A stretch of DNA of 64,000 bases, taken from NCBI GenBank assembly GCA_951406725.2, contig OX597835.1, forward strand, positions 41,850,001 to 41,914,000, read 5' to 3'. This DNA comes from Octopus vulgaris. Lineage: Eukaryota. A program made the position numbers and the translations under genes. Below the pieces are notes generated by a model. The model did not search any database. It was given only the letters and a program-made list of their open reading frames with translations, and had not been told where the DNA came from. Positions 50,663-63,820 of this stretch are shown in pieces (position 1 is the stretch's first letter; every line of letters begins with the position of its first letter).

Positions 50663-52021
50663 ACGTCTGTTACTGAAAATTTATTGATGGAGTGTGTTCG
50701 TGAGTTTCTATTAATTGTTATATCTCTTGTTGTGCCTATTGTTGGACTTATTGTTGAAAAAAATTGTAGTATAGTTTTCTGTTCGAAAGCTATCTGTAGT
50801 TTTCCCCTGGGAAAACATTAGTTGCCGGCAAGATGGCGAAAAGTTCGTGTTCTTCGTCGGGGGACGAATCGATTGAAAGAGAAGCTAAGAAAATAGAAAG
50901 CTTAATTTTTGACAACGTTTCTGATGTGTCGGAAAGCGAATTTCCAACATTACCAAGTGTTACGAACACCAAAAGGAAGACAGAAAAAAAGGGACCATCC
51001 AATATGAAGAAAAGAAAAGTTTTGTGTCAGAGGCTGGTGGTGGAACACGACAGCTGTCAACTGACATAAAAGAATTATTAAAATATAAAGATATGATAAC
51101 AGAACGAAATGGAATTGTCAAAGTAGAAATACCAGAAGAAGAATTCAGTCATTATTTTTAAGACCTTTTGCTTAAAAACACGTAAAATTGATAAAATAGG
51201 TGAGCAAAAAATTGAAAAATGTCTAAAACCCATCTGGCAGGACATTACGTATCTAGCCAGAGGGAAGAAGTTTGGAACCATCGTGGTGAGGTTCAAGAAT
51301 GCAGAAACGGCACAAAAACACTATAAAATCTTTAGAGTCGGACGACACTATGTTAATCCCAATCTACATGGAAATGAGAACATTAAACGTGAGAATACCT
51401 AGAATTCCGCCCGGAGTAAACCCTATGGTTTGATGGCGGCGGTCCTGGAAAACAAGGAAGATAGTATTAACCTCCTGCAGGCTACCGACAGAGAAAATAC
51501 TTATTGGACAGGTCTAACGCTTAACATCATATTACAGGCTGACCAAAAGATTTTAGAACAGCTCCCAGAAATTGTAGAAGTAGGGGAGGAAGTTCTAAAT
51601 ATTTTTGTTGAGGGTCGTAAGCCCCGATGTTTCTAGTGTGGCCAACTGGGTCACATTAAAAAAATATTGTAAAGAAGGTGAAGAAGAATCAGACGGCGAG
51701 GAGGAAGAAAGAGAGAGAGAGAGAGAGAAACTGAAGGGAAAATAAACAATAAAAGGAAAGAAGAAGGATCGAACCAGCAAAAGCAGAGCGAGCCGAGACC
51801 AAAATGAAAAAAAAAACCCAGCCAAGAGAGACAGACCGAGGAAGGCGGATGGGGAGACGAACAGAGGAATAAATGCTCTATACAGTAAAAATGAAGATTT
51901 AATGCGGGAAATAAAACACCCAAAATCAGCAAATTCGATTAATTGAACTGTCAGAGAAATATAAAAACTAACGAATTTTACGATTTGGACGAAAAAAAAC
52001 GTACAAAATGTTGTCAAACAC

Positions 52022-52410
52022 ATACTCTTTTACTTGGTTCAATTATTTGACTGTGGCCATGCTGGAGCACCGCCTTTAGTCGAGCAAATCGACCCCAGGG
52101 CATATTCTTTGTAAGCCCAGTACTTATTCTATCGGTCTCTTTTGCCGAACCGCTAAGTAACGGGGACGTAAACACACCAGCATCGGTTGTCAAGCAATGC
52201 TAGGGGGACAAACACAAACACAAACACACACACGCATATATATATACGACGGGCTTCTTTCAGTTTCTGTCTACCAAATCCACTCACAAGGCATTGGTCG
52301 ACCCAGGGCTATAGTAGAAGACAGTTGCCCAAGGTGCCATGCAGTGGGACTGAACCCGGAACCATGTGGTTGGTAAACAAGCTACTTACCACACAGCCAC
52401 TCCTGCGCCT
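52022..52410 (-). mobile_element. SINE A inserted in the Tx1-like LINE
   Basis: Homology to 499-885. Confidence 0.85.
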
Positions 52411-52820
52411 ATAGAATTGGGTCTCAACATGGAGACTTGATTTTCGCCAATCCATGTTTGAAGGATTACCATCTCGGACCCTAAGTCAAGAAAAGGTGGA
52501 GAATTCCTCTCCACAAAATGCCCCGATGTAAAAGGTAAGTCATGTCTATTCACATTGATTGTATAAATGTTCGTGGCCTGATGTCGAGTTGGAAGCAAGG
52601 GCGCTTCTTAGATGACACCAGGTCGAGAAATTTGGATGTAATTGTTGCCACGGAAACCCGGTTGAAGGGGCCAAGGGATCTGCTCCCCCTCCTGAACGGC
52701 TACGAGAAATACGTTTCTCCGAGTCGGGCGGAAGATGGGGGCGGTGTGTTGGTCATACTAAAAAGAAACCGGGTAGCCGAGAAAAAGTTGGGTTTTTTTC
52801 TGACCCAGAAGGAAGGTTGG

Positions 52821-53250
52821 GGATCTTTTCGGTTTGAACGGCAGTTTTTTAAAATAATTTCCACGTAACTAAACACTTTTAAACTTCGTATACTGGTAGA
52901 ATGTGTTTATAAAACAACTTTTTCTCTTGGCTTTATTGGGAAAATTCTATAGTTTGTAAGATATTTGGGTTTTTTTTCTTCAATTTCTGCAATTTCAACC
53001 AATCAATGATGTCTATTGAGGTGAAAACATTCTGTGCCGTATGAATACGTCCTTCGTTTAAGAAACAGATTGGGTTTATTTACATTTGTGAAGAAAAAAA
53101 GATACCCTTCCCCCAACCCCTAACCCTAAAACAGATTAACCCTAAAAGAGATTGAACGGCAGTTTTTCTAGCGGTGTCATATGAAATTGTCACCCATAAT
53201 TATGACCCTAGTATCGATCTATTGCATTTCGATCTGTTTTAGATTTAGGG
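52821..53250 (+). mobile_element. Rearranged Merlin-like MITE (right arm inverted) inside the Tx1 ORF2
   Basis: Left TIR intact; 53155-53250 is the right arm in reverse orientation. Confidence 0.8.
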
Positions 53251-54207
53251 TGTCCGCTCTTTCCACTTTTGTATGTGATGGCTCTCGAACCCTTACTGCG
53301 AAGGTTAAGTGGCATCCCGAGAGAACCAGGTCTAGAGGAGTTTGTTAGGGCTTCCGCGGATGATATCACTATCAGCGTAACCTCAGTCGCACGCCTACGT
53401 GAAGTGGGTAAGACTATTGGGACTTACGAGGGGGTGGCAGGAGCAAAGATTAACCGGGAAAAGTCGGTCGGCTTGCAGCTCGGCACCTGGGTTGGCAAGT
53501 CGGTGGCTTCAGACGGCGTTGTTGGGCGCTGGACGGAGGGACCGGTTAAGTTGCTGGGAGTCTGGTTTGGACCAGGCCTCCAGATAGAGAAGAACTGGAC
53601 GGAGGTATTGAGCAGGGTGGCTGCAGTAGTCAAGACCTGGTCTTGGCGGTGGCTATCCCTGAAAGGGAGGGCGGAGGTGGCCAATGTGTTTACCGCCTGA
53701 CCGTCGTGCCCTGTCCGGATTCGTGGTCGATCATGTTGGAGAGACAGCTCTTTCGCTTTTTGTGGAAAGGCAGGTCGCCACTTGTGAAACGCTCTCTCTA
53801 CTGTCAGAAGCCTTTAAAGGGAGGTTTAGGGATGCCTTGGTTAATGATGCGCAGACATGCGTTGAGGTCGAGGCACCTCTGGATTCTCCTGGATAGTGAA
53901 CGGGTGTGGTCTCTGCTGGCCAGACAAATGTTCCCCGAGTTCAAAAGTTTTTGCGAACAGGAAGCCTGTTGTTCTCGTAGACCGAGGTCGAGTGAATGGT
54001 ATAAAAAGTGCCGTAAGGCCCTCTTGCTATTTCCGGCGCTCGAGCAACGCCAGCGGTGGGGGTTCCACATGGATTTTATATAGTGGGTTGAATGCGACGA
54101 TGGCCTGGGGTCGACTCTAGGTCTCGGATTTATTCAACTGGACAGCCTGTTTCACCGTACATTCGGGTTGAGAACGTTGGACAACTTCCAAAAGTCCTTA
54201 ACCTGAC

Positions 54208-54432
54208 GAGGTCCTGGAAACAACTGTTAAGCCCTGGATAGACAGTGTATGCAACAGAAGGCCATATGTGTTTCAGTAAGACTCTGCACTATCACACATG
54301 GCTCTAGTAACACAGGAATGGATGGCTGAAAATTTTCACGATCACATAACCCCAAACTTTTGGCCTCCTAATTCCCCAGATCTCAATCCATTGGACTATT
54401 ACATGTGGAGCATTGTTGAGAGACAGGTCAAT
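54208..54432 (+). mobile_element. Internal DD37D transposase fragment without TIRs, inside the Tx1-like LINE
   Basis: Near-identical to 58774-58996. Confidence 0.85.
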
Positions 54433-55067
54433 GGACACGGTAAACGTCAGTCGCCGACCTGTCCAAAATGAGGTGGGGACAGGGAAACCGTCCCTCACGC
54501 TATTGTCCAGTGTCCGGAGATAACTGAAATGTGGGTTTTATGCTGACCACCTATTGTCCGGCGAAGGAAGAGTACAGCTGTCGACTGAGTCAATTATAGA
54601 AATTGACCCACCGGGAGTTTTAACGAACGAAGGTAAGAATTGTTTTCTCACGGTTGTAGCAATAGCGAAAGAGGCAGAATGGAAGACTAGGATAAAAGGA
54701 ATTTATAAGACAGGCAACTTTATCTCTTTCCATTTGAAAAGGAAGCTGTGGCTGGAGAAGAGGTGTCTGTCGGAGTGTACGTTCCAAAAGAGATGGAAGC
54801 ATGTTGCACGAGTGTTGTGCGTGCAAGGAACCGTGTGAATAGACGAGGGAAAAAAAAGAAAAATAGGTACCAGCGGTATATTGGGGCTTGTGGGGTCGGA
54901 GCGGGGCCTGATCATCGCTTCATTTGTATCGTAATTCCATTCGATTTTTTATATATAGTATTTAAATTTTTAGAGTCACATTATATGTAGAATTATATCG
55001 CTTCACTGACCCCATCAGTTGTTCTGTCCATTTCTATGTTTGGCCCCCGGTGGGCAATAAAGGAATT

Positions 55068-55605
55068 GGTATTTCACCCGTCGCTACATTCTGAGTTCAA
55101 GTTCCACTGAGGTCGACTTTGCCTTTCATCCTTTCGGGGTCGATAAATTAAGTACCAGTTACGCACTGGGGTAGATGTAGTCGACTTAATCCGTGTGTCT
55201 GTCCTTGTTTGTCCCCTCTGTGTTTAGCCCCTTGTGGGTAGTAAAGAAATTGGTATTTCGTCTTTCTTTACGTTCGGAGTTCAAATTCCGCCGAGGTCGA
55301 CTTTGCCTTTCATCTTTTCGGGGTCGATAAATTAAGTACCAGTTACGTACTGGGGTCGATATAATCGACTTAATCCCTTTGTCTGTCTATGTTTGTCCCC
55401 TCTATGTTTAGCCCCTTGTGGGTAATAAAGAAATAGGTATTTCGTCTGCCGCTACGTTCTGAGTTCAAATTCCGCCGAGGTCGATTTTACCTTTCATCCT
55501 TTTGGGGTCGATAAATTTAGTACCGGTTGCGTACTGGAGTCGATCTAATCGACTGGTCCCCTCCCCCAAGATTTCGGGCCTTGTGCCTAGAGTAGAAAAG
55601 AATAA
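55068..55605 (+). mobile_element. Three head-less SINE B units with 184-bp period
   Basis: Units start at GGTATTTC at 55068, 55252 and 55436. Confidence 0.85.
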
Positions 55606-56092
55606 TACTTTGTTGGGTGCATAAAATCCAAACTCCATGCATGTGTGATATTTTCAGTCAGAAATATTTTTGCAAAACTGTCGTATGTGCCATTTACTAA
55701 GCTTTTGATAAATGGTATCTCAAGCAGCTGGAGATACGATACTTTAACCAAAAGAACCGGCTATTGCAAGAAAAATTAAATATTGTAAAACAAAAAAAAA
55801 AAAAACAACGCATTTGGCCAAATTTGGACATACGATAGTTTAACATAATAGCAATGCTAAGGAGATTCTGGCTGGAAAGACGTTGGCGATGGTGAAACGA
55901 AAGGGAGGTAAACAGGGAGGGTAAAAAACATATTTTGTAGGGAGAGAAGAAGAGTTATTTCCCATGGATTGATGTTAAACTGTTAATTGCGTGTGTGTCT
56001 GTAATTATATGTTGGTTGCTGCTCCAAAAGCGAACGTGACTACGTTGCCAACACGAATTTCTGCTTTTGAAGGTAGCATCTGAATTGTTTTG

Positions 56093-56508
56093 GGATCTTT
56101 TCGGTTTGAACGGCAGTTTTTTTTAAATAATTTCTACGTAACTAAACACTTTTAAACTTCGTATACTGGTAGAATGTGTTTTTTAAAACATCTTTTTCTC
56201 TTGGCTTTATTAAGAAAATTCTATAGTTTGTAAGATATTTGTTGTTTTTCTCTTCAATTTCTGCAATTTCAACCAATCAATGACGTCTATTGAGGTAAAA
56301 AAACATTCTGTGCCATATGAATATATCCCTCGTTTAAGAAACAGATTGGGTTTATTTACATTTCTGAAGAAAAAAGATACCCTCCCCCCCCCTAACCCTA
56401 ACTTTAAAACAGATTGAAATGCAATAGATCGATACTAGGGTCATAATTATGGGTGAAAATTTCATATGACACTGCTAGGAAAAACAGCCGTTCAAACTGA
56501 AAAGATCC
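56093..56508 (+). mobile_element. Merlin-like MITE
   Basis: Same TIRs; no TSD evident. Confidence 0.85.
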
Positions 56509-56828
56509 CAAGATGATGATAATGGTGGAGATGTTGATGGCGGTGGCAGTTGTGGTGGTGGTGGTAGTTGTGGTGGTGGTGGTGGTGGTTGTGGTATGAG
56601 CATGATGATGGTGATGATGATGATGATGATGATGACAGCAACAGCAACAGCAACGCTATCCCTCACTTCAGTGAAGACTATCCCAGCAGCTATTTAAGTT
56701 CGAGGGTAACCAACGTTAGATTCACCCGTCTGAGTGAACGACGTGGACACAGCGATGTGAACTGCCCCCTCATTCAATCAACTACCATAGAATAAAAACA
56801 ATTGGATCACCAATTGCTTTATAACCTA

Positions 56829-57197
56829 CTAGCACTATGACCCGGCGTTGCCAGGTCATAGTGCTAGCGCATGCATATATATACAGCTGCATGCGTGCAC
56901 ACATACACGCGAGTACTGTCCAAATCTCCGACCAATCACATACAGCTAGCTGGCATTCGATTGGTGTATCAAGTTTCGGGCATTTTGATTGGGTTTTGGA
57001 TAGAAAATTCACGAAAAAGTCACTTCTATTGATTTTTTTAATGGCTTTGCGGGGTGACTGGGGAAATGTAAAGATGTGCACGACCACCCTTGGACGGTTT
57101 TGAATGACCATAGAAAGTGCGAGCGCTCTAACTGAAAAATTGTGGATTTGTATAAAGGACACACACACAGACATTTTGCCGTTTATATATAGAGAGA
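56829..57197 (-). mobile_element. Non-autonomous Helitron-like element with terminal hairpin
   Basis: A|TC start, CTAG|T end, 14-bp perfect stem CTAGCACTATGACC/GGTCATAGTGCTAG (56829-56867). Confidence 0.75.
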
Positions 57198-57780
57198 TTT
57201 GATATTCAGAATAGGTTTCTATGATCTGAGTTCAAATTCCAGTGAGGTCAACTTTGCCTTTCATCCTTCAGGGTCAATGAAAAAAATACCAGTTGGACAC
57301 TGGCTTCAGTGTAATTGATTTATTCTCATCTCGCAAAATTGCTGGCCTTGTGCCAAAATTTGAAATCCATATTTTGTATAGATTGTTGTTGTTGTTGTTG
57401 TTGATGATGATGTAGAAGTTGTTGTTATATAGCTCCAGCTCAGCTTCATTCAGTAGATATACAATCCAGCCGTGACCATTCCAGCTCCCTGTATGTTTAA
57501 GACTCCGTTGCACCCCTCCTGTTTTTAAAATAATAGAATGTAATTTGAGGGACTTTGGCTGTGTTTGTGTAAATCTCGCAGGAAAATTTAAATATTAACA
57601 TTTGGTTTCGTCTTCCTTGTGGTTTTAGTTTCTCCGTTTTTTTCCATTAGATTAGGACGTAGTGTATCAAATTTCATTTGAAACCATAGTGCAGGTTTCA
57701 AATTTCAGATTGGCATCTAGAATATTTGTTTAACTAATAACATCTGAAGGACATATGTGTGTGTGGTGTGTCTGTCTGTA

Positions 57781-57863
<83 letters not shown>

Positions 57864-57959
57864 TTATCTATCCATCCATCCATCCATCCATCCATCCATC
57901 CATCCATCCATCCATCCATCCATCCATCCATCCATCCACCCACCCACCCACCCACCCAC
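57781..57959. repeat. (TATC)n-(CATC)n-(CACC)n compound microsatellite
   Basis: Direct reading. Confidence 0.95.
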
Positions 57960-58015
57960 TCAAAACCCACCCACATATGGAAAGAGAGAGAAAAACAGAA
58001 ATATTTATGTATGTA

Positions 58016-59275
58016 CAGGGTGCATAAGGTATTTGAGGACATACCTTTTTGGGGGTCATTGCTGCATTTTTTGCTCACTCTGTATAATCTTTGATTCAGA
58101 AAATAATAATGGCAGACCCTCAGCTTACTCAAGAAATAAAGAGGTATGCTGTTATTGTGGTTATAAAGATGAGCATAGCGATTTAGAAATATCTTGAGTT
58201 TTAAAAGTTGCCAGATCTTTTGTTTACAAAGTTTGTAAGGAGCTGGAGATTGAAACGTATCACCAGTATCAAAGCATAAAAAGCATGCTAAATGCTCTGA
58301 AATCACCAGAACACCTGAATTTATCCAGCAAGTTCAACAGACCATTGATTACAATCCCAGAAAGTCCATGGGGTCAATAGCAAAAGATCTCCATGCGTCA
58401 GAAGGAGGAGTCAGAAATGTTGTCCACGAAGACATCAGATATAAGTCTTATATGATGAGGAAAGGTCAATTAGTCAGAAAAAGCAAAAGAAGAATCACTA
58501 CATCAGATCTAAAAGTCTCTTAAACAAACTGAAAAATCCAGCAGAAGAAGATTTGATTTGGTTTTTCTCAAACAAGAAAAACTTCGACCAAGATCAAAAA
58601 GTTAACAGAAGAAATGACAGATGGTTATGTGCAGACCCTTCTGAAGTTCTAAGTGTTATGCATTAAAATTTCCCTTCAACTGTCATGGTTTTAGGGGGAT
58701 CAGCAATGAAGGACATGTGATGTCTCCTTACTTCTTTCCAGAAGGCCATAGAGTTAACTCTGTTGCCAACATTGAAGTCCTGGAAACAATTGTTAAGCCC
58801 TGGATAGACAGTGTATGCAACAGAAGGCCATATGTGTTTCAGTAACACTCTGCACTATCACACATGGCTCTAGTAACACAGGAATGGATGGCTGAAAATT
58901 TTCACGATCCCATAACCCCTAAAATTTGGCCTCCTAATTCCCCAGATCTCAATCCATTAGATTATTACATGTGGAGCATTGTTGAGAGAGCGGTCACCTA
59001 TAACACCAAAGATTCTTTGAAAGCTGCCATGGTCAGAGTAATGTCCAAAATGAACCAGGACCACTTGATTTGAGCATGTAGATGATTTAGATCTCATATA
59101 GAAGCAGTTGTTGAAGCTGAAGGTGGTTTTATTGAATAACATTATAGAAAAGAAAGTTTATATTTATCCTCATTGCATTTTTTGATAAATGAAGTCATCT
59201 GTTATTATATATGTTTTTTTTTTTGGGGGGGGGGTTATAAACATAAGTCTGTCCTCAAATATCTTACACACCCTG
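58016..59275 (+). mobile_element. Tc1/mariner DD37D (maT-type) transposon, full length, with a pseudogenised transposase
   Basis: TIRs CAGGGTGYRTAAGRTATTTGAGGACA, TA flanks, WPPNSPDLNPLDYY motif, 37 residues between the last two catalytic positions; stops and frameshifts. Confidence 0.9.
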
Positions 59276-59279
59276 TATA

Positions 59280-59591
59280 TACTCTTTTACTCTTTTACTT
59301 GTTTCAGTCATTTGACTGTGGCCATGCTGGAGCACCGCCTTTAGTCGAGCAAATCGACCCAGGACTTATTCTTTGGAAGCCTAGTACTTATTCTATCGGG
59401 GGACATAAACACACGGGGACATAAACACACAACCATCGGTTGTCAAGCGATATTGGGGGGGACAAACACACACACACACACATACATATATATATATAAG
59501 ACTGAGGGCTTCGAATGTCCTGTCTGTGTTTGTTGTATCGTCTTCTAAGTTCTTATGCGTTCTTGTCTCAGTTTGTATTTTTCTACATATC

Positions 59592-59662
<71 letters not shown>

Positions 59663-60056
59663 ATGTTTCTTTATTATCCACAAGGGGCTAAACATAGAGG
59701 GGACAAACAAGGACAGACAAAGGGATTAAGTCGATTACATCGACCCCAGTGCGTAACTGGTACTTTAATTATCGACCTCGAAAGGATGAAAGGCAAAGTC
59801 GACCTTGGCGGAATTTGAACTCAGAACGTAACCACAGACGAAATACCGCTAAGCATTTCGCCCGGCGCGTTAACGTTTCTGGCATATACGATGTTAACGT
59901 CGTATATATATACATATATACGACGGGCTTCTTTCAGTTTCCATCTACCAAATCCACTCACAAAGCTTTGGTCGGCTCGAGGCTATAGTAGAAGACACTT
60001 GCCCAAGGTTCCACGCAGTGGGACTGAACCCGGAACCATGTGGTTGGCAAGCAAGC
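59280..60056 (-). mobile_element. SINE A interrupted by SINE B (59665-59884) and (TA)n
   Basis: Homology to both families. Confidence 0.75.
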
Positions 60057-61354
60057 GATATACCACAGAGATTTTAGAACCAGGTACTTTGCTAGCTATA
60101 CACAACGCATTGTTTCTTTACATTTTAAATAGAAAGACGAACAGACAGATATCGATGCACCTCATTATCTCTTATTCAGCTAATTCTTTATACAGGTCAC
60201 CACACAGCCAGCTGTTCGATCTGCTATTATTTCTATCACCGACGGGGATTCGAAACGCAATCTGTGCCAATTCCATTTCCTGGGTCAAACAGCAGGAGGT
60301 TGGTGGTGGTGGTATGTCTGGTCTATCATCTATCAATAAATATATACGTTTTTTCTTCAGCTGATTCCGTTCGTTGCTACTTTGGCAAAGTACTGAGAGA
60401 CAGGCTGTTCTGAGAATAATGGAAGACCAAAAAAAAATATAATAAAGTAATCCAGAGTTGTCTCCCATGTATTACAGACATACATACACTATACATGTGT
60501 GTGTGTGTTCAAAGTAATGATGGTAGTATTATATTTTTTTTTAAATCAGTGACGATCGATACAATGATCAATAGAATTTTTTACAACAATCAACATGATG
60601 GCTTGTGGTAAGAAGCTTGTTTCCCAACCACATGGTTTCGGGTTCAGTCCCACTGCGTGGCACCTTGGGCAAGTGTCTTCAACTTTGCCTTTCATCCTTT
60701 CGAGATCGATTAAATAAGTACCAGTTACGCACTGGGGTCGATATAATTGACTTAATCCGTTTGTCTGTCTTTGTTTGTCCCTTCAGTGTTTAGCCCCTTG
60801 TGGGTAGTAAAGAAATATATATATATATATATATAAATTAATTAAATTAGAGATAAAACCACTATTAGGCAAATCAAACAGTGAAAAACATAAACCAAAA
60901 CATAAAAATAAAAATAATTAATATAATTTACAAAATATATAAAATATAAAATTTAAAATTTAAATTATTTAAATTTTAAATTATTAATTTATATTTATAT
61001 TTATTTTTTCATTATTATATAAATGTACAGAGGAAAAGGTCACTCAACACATTTAGAAGGAGTTACATGTATTATTTAAAGCAGTTTGATTCGGTTCCAT
61101 GCTATTTCAAGTATTGCAGGCTCTTAAAGGGAGCCCCACTCCTTCAGGCTTCTGCCTGTAATTGAAAGGCGCTAACCTCGGTGCATTCTGTGTCATGCTG
61201 AATCTCGCTGAGAAGTATTTTAAGGATATGCATGTCTGTGGAGTGCTCAGCCACATGCACATTAATTTCATGAGCAGGCTCTTCTGTTGATCTGATCAAC
61301 TGGAACCCTCATTGTCGCAACCAATAGAATGCCAGTATATATATATATTTTTTT

Positions 61355-61748
61355 CCTTGTTTCAGTTATTTGACTGCGGCCATGCTGGAGCACCGCCTTT
61401 AATCGAGCAACTCGACCCCAGGACTTATTCTTTTGTAAGCCCAGTACTTTTTCTATTGGTCTCTTTTGCCGAACCGCTAAGTAACGGGGACATAAACACA
61501 CCAGCATCGGTTGTCAAGCAATGCTAGGGGGACAAACACAGACACACAAACACACACACGCATATATATATATATACATATATACGACGGGCTTCTTTTA
61601 GTTTCTGTCTACCAAATCCACTCACAAGGGTTTGGTTGGCCCGAGGCTATAGTAGAAGACACTTGCCCAAGGTGCCACGCAGTGGGACTGAACCTGGAAC
61701 CATGTGGTTGGTAAGCAAGCTACTTACCACTCAGCCACTCCTGCGCCT
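61355..61748 (-). mobile_element. SINE A
   Basis: Homology to 499-885. Confidence 0.85.
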
Positions 61749-61787
61749 ATATTATTATTCTATTATTATTATTATTATTATACAACG

Positions 61788-62790
61788 TGGTCAGTGGAAT
61801 TTTCGCTATGGAGTTTTTAGGGGATTAGTGGAGGGAAAATATGACAATGTAATTGAGGAAATTCTAGGCATCAAAAGGATCAACTAAATGGTCTTTTCCA
61901 GAGTACTTTCAGGCTGAGGCCTGTGGATAACGGCCAGAAATTCCTGGCCTGGCAGCGCCTGCCAGTACGAGACATGCTTTACCGACATGGAAGTGCTGTC
62001 AGATGGACCTGAACAAGGTGTGCACAGGGCAACGAAACCATCCGGCATGCACTTGTCTAGTGTCCTTTCATTACAGACTTGTGGAGCTTTGTTGAGATTG
62101 CCCCTACTGCCTTCTTTTGGACAGGAAGGAAAAGCAGTTTTCTTCTGTCTGGTGGCCATGGCGAAGGAGGTAGTGTGGTGGATGAGATTGAAAGGACTGA
62201 AGACAGATACTTTCCTCTTTGGCCAAGCCCTCATCGACTTTTTCAAGTTCTACCTGAAAAGGAAAGGGAGAGTAGAGAGGTAAGTGAGAGTGAAAGAGCA
62301 GTGCATGCCATCAAAGTGACACTGGGGTAAAACATACGAAGCCCGATATACCCATCATAACTACCTATCCAATAAGGGTGCACCAGGTACATTCATCACA
62401 ACCATATGTGCACGACGTGGTGATCATATAGCAAGATAAACAGTGCATGATCTTGCAGGTGGGGCCCCCAATAAATTTGTTGAAAGGTAAGTGAATGTGG
62501 AGAGGATGGCCCATGTGAAAGGGGCTACTCTGAACTTTCGTTTGTAAACTAGAGGAGTTTGAGAAGGAGAGAGGCGCCTGCTGAAGTGCATCTGATGGTT
62601 GGGGTAACCAGAATGTGTGGGGTTCCTCGTTTGTCCTTGTGAAGAACTACCCCCTTTTGGGGAACTTTTATTGCTTAATTGTTTTTGTTTTTGTTACTTA
62701 TTGTATACACAGCATTGTTCAACATCCCACTTGTCCCTTGTATTTTATCGTCTCTGTTTTGTGTTCAGCCCTTGTGGCCAATAAAAGCAA
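61788..62790 (+). mobile_element. Second Tx1-like LINE, 3' fragment
   Basis: FFCLVAMAKEVVWWMRLKGL is homologous to CFLTVVAIAKEAEWKTRIKGI of the first copy; ends CCCTTGTGGCCAATAAA. Confidence 0.65.
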
Positions 62791-63283
62791 GTATCATCAT
62801 CATCATCAGCATCATCAAGTCAGGCAGAACCATTAGCATGCTGGACGAAATGCTTAGCAGTATTTTGTCTGCTGCTATATTCAGAGTTCAAATCCCACCA
62901 AGGTCAACTTTGCCTTTCATCCTTTCAGGGTCGATAAATTTAGTACCAGTGAAATACTGGGGTTGATGCCATTGACTAGTCCTCTCCCTCCAAATTTCAG
63001 GCCTTGTACCTTTAGTAGAAAGGATTATTATTATTATTATTATTATTGAGTAAGGCTGTGATCTAGCAGAAGCTTTAGCACACCGGGCAAAATGCTTAGC
63101 TGTATTTCGCCCGTCACTACGTTCTGAGTTCAAATTCCGCCGCTGTGGACTTTACTTTTCATCCTTTCAGGGTCGATGAAATAAGTACCAGTGACGCACT
63201 GGAGATGATATAAGCGACTAGCCCCCTTCCCCCCAAAATTTTCAAGGCTTTGTACTTAGAGTAGAAATTATTATTATTATTAC

Positions 63284-63722
63284 TGAGTGAGAGAGCAGTG
63301 CATGTCATCAAAGTGACACTGGAGTAAAACATACGAAGCCCAATATACCCATCATGACTACCCATCCAATAAGGGTACACCAGACACATTCATCACAACC
63401 ATATGTGCACGACATGGTGATCATATAGCAAGATAAACAGTGCATAATCTTGCAGGTGAGGCCCAGTTAGAATTTTTTTCCGGCTGTGTAACCCATCCCA
63501 CACGAAAGGTTCCTGAATAAGAATTGTTTAAGGATGATGAACAAAACATCCATGTTTCCAGATGTGAATTATCCAAACACCAAAGAATTCCTCTCAACAC
63601 ATAGCTATGGTGCTCCCCCACTACTTCTGCTCGTTATCAGAGATGCACATATCGTCAGCCACTAAGAGACATGGTCAAACAACTGACAAGTAAATCTGTG
63701 GTATTGAGCAGAATATTTGCTG
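63284..63722 (-). mobile_element. Unclassified interspersed repeat with (AAT)n tail; second partial copy at 62287-62468
   Basis: Direct homology between the two copies. Confidence 0.6.
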
Positions 63723-63728
63723 ATGCTC

Positions 63729-63820
63729 TCTCTTCTTCTTCTTCTTCTTCTTCTTCTTCTTCTTCTTCTTCTTCTTCTTCTTCTTCTTCTTCTTCTTCTT
63801 CTTCTTCTTCTTCCTCCTCC
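63729..63820. repeat. (TCT)n microsatellite
   Basis: Direct reading. Confidence 0.95.

Larger units (their letters stand above)
50663..55066 (+). mobile_element. Decayed Tx1/L1-clade LINE with nested insertions
   Basis: ORF1 remnants with CCHC knuckle RKPRCF*CGQLGHIKKYC (~51613-51670); APE start INVRGL...ATETRL (52542); RT GCPL.PLLYVMALEPL and ADD (53248-53700); C-terminal CP..ETV.H...CP (~54456-54516). Confidence 0.85.
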
